A program made the translations under genes and the position numbers. From NCBI GenBank assembly GCA_951406725.2, contig OX597814.1, positions 43,090,001-43,154,000 on the forward strand: a DNA stretch of 64,000 bases, written 5' to 3'. Under the pieces are notes generated by a model, which saw nothing but the letters and a program-made list of their open reading frames with translations, ran no database searches and had not been told where the DNA came from. Of the stretch, positions 42,925 through 55,651 are shown piece after piece (the stretch's first letter is position 1; the number at the start of each line of letters is the position of its first letter). The DNA comes from Octopus vulgaris. Lineage: Eukaryota.

Positions 42925-43759
42925 CATACATACATACATACATACATACATACATACATAAATGCATACATACGTACATACATATATACATACTCATACG
43001 TGACAGAAGTAAATATACAGCCTATAAAACATCAATTCATGTTTACTCCAAATTGTGAAGTTTTATATCTTTTACTAGACAAACTGTGGCCCATTGCCTC
43101 ACCTGGAAAGTCTGAGTTTCCCGTCAACGGAGATTTGTTTCGTGCTTTTTTTTCTTTCCCAGGTTATTTTGCATGATTTCAACGAATGTGACATTGAAAG
43201 TATGCGTAAACAGTTCCTTTCCACAGAGAAGAGGCTTGTTTGCTATGTCTTTCACGCCATGCAACCATGTAACAGGTATTTCGGGTCCTTTATTGCAAAT
43301 AGCTGTTAGGTGGTAGCAGGGTGTGCTAGAAATAGCAGCCAGATCTCTGGCGCTGAGATACGTTGAATGCACACGAATAAATTTTTGTAATGGTATTCCC
43401 TTGGGGCGATCTTTTGCTTTGACTCTCGGAACTGTCGCTTTGATTCACAGAACAGTCAACTAGATCAGCTGGTTTTGTTCGCTAATTTCCGTAATAGATT
43501 TTTATTTATATACTTTTATTTTAAATTTAAAGCGAGGAGAAAATGAAAGATATATGAACGGGTACATGAAATGGTCGGGCATGTGTATCAGAGAGAGAGA
43601 GAGGGCGGCAAATTCCAAATACATGAGAACACACACATTCACTCACTCACTCTCTTTCTCTCTCTCTCTCACACACACACGCATGCATACGCACTTAAAA
43701 AAACATGTACGCATATGTATTGATACATATACGTATACATGACAACACACCGCTTCACA

Positions 43760-43791
<32 letters not shown>

Positions 43792-44489
43792 CTCTCGTTC
43801 ACACCCGTCCATTTCTTATACACGTTCATACATTTTTCACTTTCTCCTCTCTATCACTTTAAAACAAGAGTAAATAAATAAAAATATTTTACGGAACTTG
43901 ATGAACTCCGGTTGATAAGAGAAAGATTGCCATTCAGTTATATATATTTTAAATAAAACGTTGAATTATTGTTTGTTTAAAGAAAGCGAAAATATAAATA
44001 TTTACCGTACAAAAGATTTACATTCTTCAAATCACATTCAGTTAAACATATTTCTAAATGATTGAAATATTGTGTACATCAGTTGAAAGTTTTTTTTCTT
44101 AGAGAGCGCGAAGTCTATGTATATGTGTATGTCATAGTCACCGGACGTATGTTTGTTTTGACTAACAGCCATGACATTCATTATATGTGTGTGTATTCTG
44201 TATGTGTCTTGATATCACAGAAAATAGTTTTTTTTTCATCAAGAAATAACAAACTAAAATTTTCTTTAATCGTTTTTCTTAACAAATAGCGTCCCAAATA
44301 TCACAAAACTGTTTACTGCACTGCCGAAGACAAGTATAAATACAAATATGTAAAAAACAATTAAAATGAAATATACTATTTCTGAGATATTTCGGGTACA
44401 CAGAAACATGTCTAGAGTTTTAGTATTATCAAGATTAATTAACATTCTATGTGTGACTGCAAATCCTACCATGTACAAATGAAGCCTTT

Positions 44490-45400
44490 GAACTGTCTGA
44501 CTATATTGCGGGTCATTCTGAAGGTGGTCATAGTCAACGTAAAATCGCAGTAAACCTTGGAATACCGCTTTCTACAGTTAATAGAGTGATTGTACGATTC
44601 ACCAGACATGGGAATGATTTCACATCACCTCGCCCAGATCAACCACGGCCCTCTGACAGAACCATTCTCTTGGTTAAGAGAGGTGTAGAGGACAATGCTT
44701 ATTGCAAAGCCTCTGACAGCAGAACAAGCTGGTGTCAGTTTCAGAACAGTTTTCAGGTATCTCCACAAATCTGGTTACTATGGCAGAGCAGCAAGAAGGA
44801 AGCCACTTCTTCGACCAGCCAACATTAAGCGGAGAAAATAATGGCGAGATGGTGCAGAGGCCACTAGCATTTTGGGACACTGTCATATTGTCTAATGAGT
44901 CCAGATTTGATTTATTTCCTGACACTGGTAGAGTGTGGGACTGCGGACAGTGATCGAGAATTTGATATAAGAGGATTGCAGCCTACGGCAGCTATTATTT
45001 GATGGCCTGGGAAGCAATTTGGTTGAAAGTAAGGGAAACATAAACTCAGATAAACATGTGAATATTTATCTATATTGCAGAAATGAGTACTTGCAAGGTT
45101 CTCCAGTGGTGAAATCATTTAAGAAGACCTTGTCACACGGTTTAAATGATCCAAGATTTTTTTTACATAAGAATGGCATTAAAAAGCTTCCATGGCCAAG
45201 CCAGTCACCAGATACGAACCCTGTTGAACACCTCTCAGACATAATGTACAGGACACTTCATAAAAGAAATAAGAAAGCATCTTCAAAGCCGGATATTTTG
45301 AGATTACAGCATGAAACCTGGCAGGAAATAACGTAAGGGAAACATGACTAACTGGGTCCTTGTATTACAAAATGCAAAGGACATGTCTACTAAATATTAT
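44490..45400 (+). pseudogene. Tc1-type transposase pseudogene
   Basis: GHSQRKIAVNLGIPLSTVNRVI (HTH), WDTVILSNESRF (first catalytic D region), KLPWPSQSPDTNPVEHL; split across frames. Confidence 0.85.
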
Positions 45401-45483
45401 ATATTCAAATTATAACAATTAATAAATAATTTGAATGTATACGATTTAAATAAAGTTTAATGATTATATGGATGGTGTTCTGA

Positions 45484-45540
<57 letters not shown>

Positions 45541-45543
<3 letters not shown>

Positions 45544-45965
45544 GTATAGGAAAGAATGGAGCTGAACGAAGATTTAACAAAATTCCTTTATTTTATTTTC
45601 GACATATGTTTCGAAGTCTGGAAAGTCCCTAATTCCGAGTGAATAAGGAGTCCATTATGCAGCTTTCTCTTCAGGAAAATCCAGGAACTTAATTCTTCAA
45701 CAAAATGCACAACAAGCTTTTCTACGACTGCTCACGAGGAGCCCATAAAGATAATGATAAATACTGTCTATTTATAGGGGGTGACGCCAGATTGGTTGAA
45801 AGTAGGAGAAATTGTCAGTTGAAATAGTTCAAGAGTAGAATCAAGGTAGGAGAAGGAAGGTATAGGAAAATTAAAGTGAGGGAATGTATTCTGTATGACT
45901 GGTGTTTATATTTAATTTATTTAATGAATAAGTGCTCGTATGTATGAGTGTGTAAAATTGCCTTA

Positions 45966-46008
<43 letters not shown>

Positions 46009-47023
46009 TGTGTGTGTGTGCGTCTTGAATGCGTGAATGTGTGTGTGGAAGGCAGAGAGAGAGATAGCAAGAATTAACGGTCAGGAACTGAAAAGACTGT
46101 GTCTGTGTGTTCGAATGTGTCAACTTAATAGGGAGAGGGCAGATGGAGGCCACAATAGCAATGACAAGATACAAGGCTACTGTTGGGATTGGTAGTAGTT
46201 CTTAGCAAATATGAGAAAGTCTTTTATACTAAAAGGGATGGGATATCACCTTTCAATTTTTTAAGAAATCCAGGGGTTATCTATATTAGACTTCATTGGT
46301 ATGAGAGAAATGTATGCTTTTTCCAGTGTAGGCATCTGAAAGAAATCTCGACAATCGAGTTTATTAGTCGGCCTCGGGCAAACAGAATATGAAAGAGTTC
46401 GGAATTACATAGGGCACAGATTTTTCTGCACTTATCAAACGGTAAGGACACCGATAATATTGACCATTCCAGCCTAAAAGTTTAATTTGCGTTCTTCAAA
46501 CGCCAGACTAATTTGCTTAGCCCAGTGGAGTGTTGTTTCCTTTTATCACGAAACGTGGAAAAATGATTTGATATTCTTGCGGCTAATTTAGATGAGGTTG
46601 CGCCGATATAGAGGTAGACATCGGATCCAACAGAAATTTTGCACCGGTAAGTGGCGTTTCTAATTTTGGAGTTATTTGATAAGAACCTTAATCTATTGGG
46701 ATTAGTTTCCGATACTAATACAGCTTTCTTATTACTATGATGGTTGTAAAAATTACCGCTGGATTCGATACTATTCAACCTATTTTCATTACTATCTAAG
46801 GCAATATCACCTGCATATTCCCTGTTTCTGGGAATGCTGTGATTGATATTGTCCGTAAAACTACTGTTGTTAAAACCGCTGCTACTATTATTGTTGATAA
46901 CCTTTGGATTTCCTAAAAAATTGAAAGGTGATATCCCATCCCTTTTAGTATAAAAGACTTTCTCATATTTGCTAAGAACTACTACCAATCCCAACAGTAA
47001 CCTTGTCTCTTGTCATTGCTATT
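45541..47023 (-). mobile_element. 5'-truncated PLE with an inverted duplication of its 3' region
   Basis: ORF 46482-46994 has NATYRCKI..LYIGATSSKLAARISNHFSTF..LSKLVWRLK (GIY-YIG); 46154-46280 is a near-identical inverted copy of 46896-47023; hammerhead near the 3' end; ends at (TA)n. Confidence 0.85.
45595..45680 (-). ncRNA. Type I hammerhead ribozyme
   Basis: Reverse complement: AUUUUC-CUGAAGA-GAAAGCUG..CAGACUUC-GAAAC-AUAU-GUC-GAAAAU; 6-bp perfect stem I, palindromic stem III ACAUAUGU, GUC triplet. Confidence 0.85.
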
Positions 47024-47189
47024 CATATGGTCGAATCTAATAACATCCTCCGATTACTTTTTTATCACAATTATTGTTGTTGTTAGTGGTGGCGGTGGTA
47101 CCAATAGTAATAGTAGTATTACTCATTATTATTACCACCATCACCATTATAATTATCACTGTTACAATAACTGTCCCTTGTATTTTCAT

Positions 47190-47950
47190 CTTTGATAAAT
47201 GATTGGATTGACTTTGATTACAAAACGATATATGCCAAGCAAACGTTCAAGAGCTCTAGGAAAACCTGCAGTTACTGAGTCTCCTAAATCTGACTTTTAC
47301 CGTAGCACTGCTTTTACCATAACTTTCTTTATATATCGCACTAAGCGTCAGATGAGCGAATATAATAGAACTGACAATCAAAGGAAAACAACCCTGAAGA
47401 ACTCCCTCGTAGGCCGAGAAAGAATAGATAGAACTTCTAGAAAGTGCAGTAGTCAAAATGAACTCATTAAGAGCATTGGAAATGATTTAGAAAATAGGGA
47501 AAATAATTTAGAATATACCTCTAGTGAAAGCAATGTCGCAAATGATAAGAGAAATAGACAAAATAGTCTCTCTAACTGCGCAATAAATAAAAGATGTCCA
47601 TAAGATTCAAAATGTAGAAACAAAATGTTGTCTAAAAATGTCAAGCTACCACAGAGAATAAGGAATGCTTTTATATTAATGCAAGATCACGAACTGATTT
47701 AAATTCATTTAGAGATAGAGGGGAAATAGGACTTTTCTAAGTAAGCTTATTTGGTTGCTTAAAGATAAAAATAGGAACTATTTGACTGATTGGGAAACAT
47801 TTAGTACTGCTTAGCTTTAAAGAGTAAATGGCAATGTGTGGAAGAACTCTAACAAATTTTCAAATCAAAATACACATTAGTAAACACAAGACAGGAACAA
47901 ACACCAAGATGAGTCACTCGTGCAAATGGATGTTTGAACAATTTATAGAT
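47190..47950 (+). mobile_element. Degraded PLE linker/GIY-YIG remnant
   Basis: NCAINKRCP*DSKC; SKLIWLLKDKNRNYLTDWE; LVNTRQE parallel the motifs of 5325-5760. Confidence 0.6.
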
Positions 47951-48138
47951 TATACAGTAAAAAAGACTAATAAATGAGCAACAACAGCCGAAAAATTGAA
48001 TCAAAATTAACTAAGTACTTCTATGGAGACAACATACTTTATACACCAGTTGGTATAAAAAAACTATTAAGAAATAAAAAGAAGACTATTTACATTATTT
48101 ACAATTGACGGATATTTATTCAAATCTTGTTTGTTGCT

Positions 48139-48185
48139 GACACAACGTTTCGTCTGATATACCCTCCAGCCTTCATCAGGCGTGT
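48139..48185 (-). ncRNA. Minimal hammerhead ribozyme-like motif
   Basis: Reverse complement ACGC-CUGAUGA-AGGCUG..CAGAC-GAAAC-GUU-GUGU; palindromic AACGUU in place of stem III; one stem II mismatch. Confidence 0.6.
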
Positions 48186-48274
48186 GGGGGAAATTTCGAA
48201 CCTGGGTTCTCATTCCTAAGGTATTTCTCAATGTTCCTCTTCTTCTTCTTCTTCTTCTTCTTCTTCTTCTTCTT

Positions 48275-49900
<1,626 letters not shown>

Positions 49901-49905
49901 CTCCA

Positions 49906-49951
49906 AGAACCTGATGAAGGCTGGAGGGAATATCAGCCGAAAAGCTGTGTT
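49906..49951 (+). ncRNA. Degenerate minimal hammerhead (inverted partner of 48139-48185)
   Basis: CTGATGA 49911-49917, stem II GGCTG/CAGCC, GAAA 49939-49942; stem III mutated (AGCT instead of CGTT). Confidence 0.5.
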
Positions 49952-50669
49952 AACAACAAACAAGAATATCCGTCAATTGTAAATTATGTAAATAATGTAC
50001 ATAATTCCTCATCTCTTAAATATAGAACTGAAAAAGAACACTGCAAAAACAAACATACCATCCTTGATCTATCTAGGATCATGTTCCACCTATAACTACG
50101 GCAGGGGTGAATTCTATGTCAATTTCCTCTAAATACAAACACTCCTTCATTCTACTAATTACTAATCAGCAAACACTTTCTTCATCCTGTTTAATTCAAT
50201 GTGGACCTAAAGTACAGATTCTCGTGAAACTTCATAAAATCACCGAAAATATTATAAGGCTGCATCTGCTACATTGCACAGTAGCTGCTGTGAAAACACA
50301 TGTACTACCAAACGCCATTCTCCATAAGTTTGATGTTATTTTACAACCTAAGGAACTTTTGCATCCTGCGTAGGACACACAGAATTACCAACACGAAAAT
50401 TTACTAATGTCTAACAATTTATTGGAGGCACAGGTATCGAATACGGACCGTTGTGTTAGCCAGCACTTTGAACCGTACTGAGAGAAGCATGATATTTGAT
50501 AATATAACTCTGAAAATTCACTTACATATAAATATATATATGTGTGTGTGTGTATGTTTGTGTGTGTGTGTGTGTGTGTCTGTCTGTGTGTGTGTGTGTC
50601 TATGTGTGTGTGTCTGTGTGTGTGTGTATTTGTGTGTCTGTGTGTGTGTATTTGTGTGTCTGTGTTTCT

Positions 50670-50860
50670 CCCACCAACATCACTTGACAATCGATAGTGT
50701 TGTGCTTACATCCCCGTAACTTAGCGGTTCTGGATAAGACAACGATAGAATAAGTACTAGGCTTGCACAGAATACGACCTGGGGTCGATTTCCCCCTCTA
50801 AAGGCGGTGCTCTAGTATGGCTGCAGTCATATGACTGAAACAAATAAAAGAGTAAAAGAG
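50670..50860 (+). mobile_element. Interspersed repeat (SINE 3' body)
   Basis: Similar to 55813-55930 (ccccgtaacttagc.. / ccctgtaacgtagc..; atagaataagtactag / atagaataaatactag). Confidence 0.6.
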
Positions 50861-50911
50861 TATATATATATATATATACATACATATATATAATATATAA
50901 TATATACATAT

Positions 50912-50987
<76 letters not shown>

Positions 50988-51008
50988 GCATATATATATA
51001 TATATATA

Positions 51009-51557
51009 CAGGGTGTTCCAAAAGAAACAGTGCAGTAGGAATATGCTAATAACCCAAAGAAACAAAACTCACAGAAAAATACTATTTATTGCAAATATTC
51101 ACAAATTCAATACCTTATCAACTAAAGTACGATTGAGGATTGACTCGTGCAGTAAGATATGATCTACAATAACTGTTGAAAGTGTGCGCCATTCACCTGC
51201 AGACATAAACGAGCGCGACGCTGCGTGTTTTGAAAAACACACTCAAGTTCATCAGGTTTGATGTTTTGAATAACACTTGTTATTTTCTGCTTCAGTTCAT
51301 CCGTAGTTCGAGGATTGTCTGCATACACTGAGTCTTTCAATTTGCCCCACAAATAAAAGTCAGGAGGTGTTAAATCCGGTGATCGAGGTGGCCACAAACC
51401 ACGAGAGATCACACGATCCCCAAAGACATCACCAACTGCAGCCATACTGACACGAAAACATTTTCAACTATAAATATCCTTTCTTGTGTTCAGTGCACTG
51501 TTTCTTTATGTATACCTATGAAAATGTTCAGTGCACTGTTTCTTTTGGAACACCCTG
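51009..51557 (-). mobile_element. Internally deleted Tc1/mariner-superfamily element with perfect 26-bp TIRs and TA target sites
   Basis: TA|CAGGGTGTTCCAAAAGAAACAGTGCA ... TGCACTGTTTCTTTTGGAACACCCTG|TA; ORF 51164-51445 WPPRSPDLTPPDFYLWGKLKDSVY is a transposase C-terminus with D as the third catalytic residue. Confidence 0.92.
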
Positions 51558-52159
51558 TATATACATACACCTATAAGCATATATAGATGAGAAATTAGAG
51601 AGTTCAAACGACAAGATCAAATTACCCGTCTAGAGGATAATATGGCCGTTTTTTTCCGATTCTGTGACGTACTCATTGCGCCAACCCACTTCAATGTAAC
51701 ATCGAATACAGACTATTGTGTTAGCCAGCATTTTGAACCGTAATGAGAGTAGCACGGTATCTGATAATATAACGCTGAAAATCCACTTACATACACACAC
51801 AAAAACACACACACACACACGCATATATATGCAAATATATATAAAATAATAAAATGTGGAAAAGAAATCTTTCAAATGTGTGTGTTAAACTTCCAATTCA
51901 CTTCTATTTCAGTTGGATACCATATAAATATTTGTATAATTCAATAATAAAGATAAATCAAATACAGAGATATTCTATTGACATTCAATAATTTATTTAT
52001 ATTACAATATTACATTAAATACTATGAATATAATATATAACATAAAACATAACATAATATCATATAAATAAATATAAAAACCGTAAAATTCCAACAAATT
52101 GTTTCGACTTATATATACATTTTTTGATATGCATAATCACAGTTCAATTATATATAAGT

Positions 52160-52458
52160 CACTTCAGGATCCATCGGTCCAGAAAGACGAAATCCCGTCT
52201 GGAATGGGTGAGTTTCATGGAATGGCGCCCTGAATCTCTAGGCCTCAACCCCATTGAACACTTGTGTTCACACTTGGGTACAGACATGGGGATGCACAGA
52301 TGTTCTTCAAAAAGTGAATTAACCGTCAAATTTTATGAAGAGTGGCAGAACACTGACCCTACAACTTAGTCTCAAGCAAGCAAAGATGCATGAAAACTGT
52401 TATAAAAGCAAAAGGACACATCCAATATTAATTATTGATAGAATATACTCAAAAATAT

Positions 52459-52514
<56 letters not shown>

Positions 52515-52589
52515 TAAGTTATAAAAAATATGAGTTTCAATCATATTCTCTATTTTTTTATATCTGCCCCATAATTTTGGCGAAGACTG
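52160..52589 (+). mobile_element. Tc1-like transposon 3' remnant
   Basis: MEWRPESLGLNPIEHL (WP..SPDLNPIE); terminal-repeat-like end ..ataattttggcgaagactg|TA. Confidence 0.7.
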
Positions 52590-52998
52590 TATATTTCTAG
52601 CAATATATATGCGTCCAGCTGCGCACATTAATTATATACATACATACATACGTGTGTGTGTGTGTGTGTGTGTGTGACTATATGGTAAGTAGTTGGCTTC
52701 CCCAAGCACAGGGTTTCGAGTTCCGTCACACTACGTTGCACCTCGTGGTGAACAAAGGCTCGTGAATGTTTTCGTTAGACGGAAACTAAAAGACAACCGT
52801 CATATGTGTGTGTATGTTTGCATTTGAAGCAGAAATTCGAAGAAGTTACCAGGGTAGCCAAATGTAACATCAGCACTTTAAGATATTAGCCACCCGTACA
52901 TGGATAATAATTCCAAGGAGAATTGAGATGTGTTTTTGACAATATAAGAGAAATGGAAAATGGAGTCAAACACACAATATGCTATTTAAATCTTTTAC

Positions 52999-53091
52999 AT
53001 CACAGACATATATGTTTCGATGGATACATTGAAATTAACCCGAGAGGAAAAATAAGATGGAATAATGTATCGTTCTCATCAGGGAGGTGAT
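52999..53091 (-). ncRNA. Hammerhead ribozyme motif (left arm)
   Basis: Reverse complement CUGAUGA-GAACGAUACAUU..AAUGUAUCCAUC-GAAAC-AUAUAU-GUC; palindromic stem III; stem I interrupted (AUCAC/GUGAU distal). Confidence 0.7.
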
Positions 53092-53192
53092 TATAAATAA
53101 CAGTGTTTATTAATAAGACATTTTTACGTATGGCTTATTAATGAAAACTTATTTTCGTAAAAATGTCTTGTTAATGAACATTGTTATTTATA

Positions 53193-53286
53193 ATCTCCTC
53201 CCTGATGAGATCGATGCATTATTCCACTTTATTTTTTCTCCCAGATTAATTTCAATGTATCGATCGAAAGATAATTGTCGGTAACA
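53193..53286 (+). ncRNA. Hammerhead ribozyme motif (right arm)
   Basis: CTGATGA 53202-53208; 12-bp stem II GATCGATGCATT/AATGTATCGATC; GAAA 53266-53269; GTC 53277-53279; stem III has a C>G change. Confidence 0.65.
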
Positions 53287-53456
53287 TAAATGATATAAAT
53301 AACATATTGTGCGTTTGTCTCCATTTTCCATTTCTCTTATATGCCTACAGTAGTCCCTCGGTTTTCGAACACCTCTAATCACGAATAAATCGTGCTTCAT
53401 CTACTGTCTTTCTCATACTTGATACAGTAGAACGTTTCTGATCATGAATAAATTAT

Positions 53457-53581
<125 letters not shown>

Positions 53582-53724
53582 TACATATACACACACACAA
53601 ACATAAATTCTCCCTTTATATATATATCAGCAAAAATTTAGATTCAGATTAATTATGTGCTTAATTTGAGGCACAATAATTTAGCACGGTATTATCAATA
53701 CAGTTTCAAAATAAAGTGATTAAA

Positions 53725-55615
53725 ACCAAATTAAGCAACAGTACATCCAGATGTAATGCAGTAGGATCGTTTCAAGCGAATTCATTTAATTGAACAATGC
53801 AAAAATTATATCAATTCAAACGCAGAGCAGTCTTCAGCTGCATAAATATATAGTATTAAATTAAATTAAAACACATGGACACATTTCTATAATTTTAATT
53901 AAAATCTACAAGAGGGTAAGAGGATAGATCATGCTGCCTTCACTTCAATTTAGAAGCCACTAAGGCAGAAGAGAAAATCTTGTTCGCGATTTATCTTCTC
54001 ACTATTTTGGGGGATTACTTTTAATTTATACTCTTTTTCATCAAATCTTTGTATATCAAGGTCTAAGGCCAAGGAACAAGGAGCAGTGTGTGTTAGGAAA
54101 GGGACTAAGGGAATCAAAAGAAATCATAGTGAATATAGTCATAAAACTATCAAGATTAATTTGAAGCAATATAATGAAATTTGGTAACGGAAAATCTTAA
54201 ATCAAGTCTTACTCTTTTAACTTACCCTTTTAACTGATAATTAGCATCTTGATTATGAGCATACTTAATTAGGACGGCTACTGTAAGTAGCCCTCCTAAT
54301 TGATTATCTCTAAGAAACTATATTATAATACATGGATTAACACTAAAAACCTTTAAAACGTATATTATATCTCTTAGTTTATAACTAATATATAGTTAGC
54401 ATGTCGTTAATTTCAATATTCTGTTAGTTAATACCGGGTATCAGTCTTTATAGATACAAACTAAATAAGTAAATAAACAATTTTTAGTTTAAATTCTTGA
54501 ATTATGATATATTTTCTATTAATCTTCTCTACTGATGTTAATAATGTATATATACTTCATCATGGTTTTAGTGACTAAGCTATTTTATTCCTTTTCTATG
54601 GTGTTCTACCCTAGCCGATAATGTTATTATTACATAATCATTTTTATGAAATAAACCTAACTTTTGTACGCCTAGAAATTCATATTTAGCTTATATATAA
54701 CATTACCAGTATCTTCGCAACTTATAATAAACTGTTTAGATTATAATTTGATGAATACATAGTTCGCATGTTCTTTTGCCTCAGTACTCCTTTATTGAAT
54801 ACCTTTAAATGCCCATGATGAATCTTCATAGATATCTTCTAATATGTTAATATTTAAGTATATAACAGGAATAAATATTAAACTGTGTCTACGTAATTTC
54901 TTTCCTTCCTCTATTGCGGTAAAATTTGGTATATACTCAAAGGTATTCAAAAATTTTATCTGTTTCGTTATAATATTCTTCTTAATCTTCTTGATAACCC
55001 TAAATTTTAATTTTATATAATATAACAATATTGTTTAAATCATTCATCTATAGTGCCCCATGATAAAATTTCCCCTGTATTATCATCATTGGTTTTAATA
55101 GAGTCTTACTCCTCTCAGTGATAACTAACGTCTTGATTTAAGATCTTCCTTTACCAAATCTCATTATATTGTTCCAATTTAATCTTGAGAGTTTTATGAA
55201 TATATCCACTATTATTTCTGTTGACTCCCTCATCCCCTTTCCTAACAGACACTACTCCTTATTCCTTGGCCTTAGATTTTGATATACAAAGACTTGATAA
55301 ACAAGACTATAAATTAAACCTCACCCCAAAACACAGTGACAAGCCAAATCTCCACACGTTTTTTCCTTGTGCCTTAGTAGCTTCTAAGCTGAAGTGAAGA
55401 CAGCATGATCGTTGTATCTATACTTACCTTCTTGGAGGTTTTAGGTAAAATTATACTAATGTGTCATGTGTTTTAATTTAATTTAATTTTATGCATTTAA
55501 GCGGCAGAAGATTGCTCTTCATTTAAATTGATGTAATGATTGGATTGTTCAATTAAATGGAGTCGCTTAAAATGATCTTACTGCATTACCTCTGGATATC
55601 CTGTTGCTTATTTTG

Positions 55616-55618
<3 letters not shown>
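53725..55618 (-). mobile_element. Old PLE-like remnant bounded by inverted repeats of about 480 bp
   Basis: 53725-54205 is an inverted, diverged copy of 55132-55618; interior minus strand has SCEDTGNVIYKL..TLSARVEHHR (GIY-YIG-like); hammerhead motif in the arms. Confidence 0.7.
53756..53843 (-). ncRNA. Hammerhead motif with a mutated cleavage triplet
   Basis: Reverse complement AUGCAG-CUGAAGA-(long stem II)-GAAAC-GAUC-CUA-CUGCAU; 6-bp stem I; CUA in place of GUA; more decayed partner at 55501-55586. Confidence 0.6.

Positions 55619-55651
<33 letters not shown>

Larger units (their letters stand above)
52942..53342. mobile_element. Non-coding fold-back element carrying a hammerhead motif in each arm
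   Basis: Arms 52942-53128 and 53156-53342 are diverged inverted copies with a 27-bp spacer. Confidence 0.88.
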
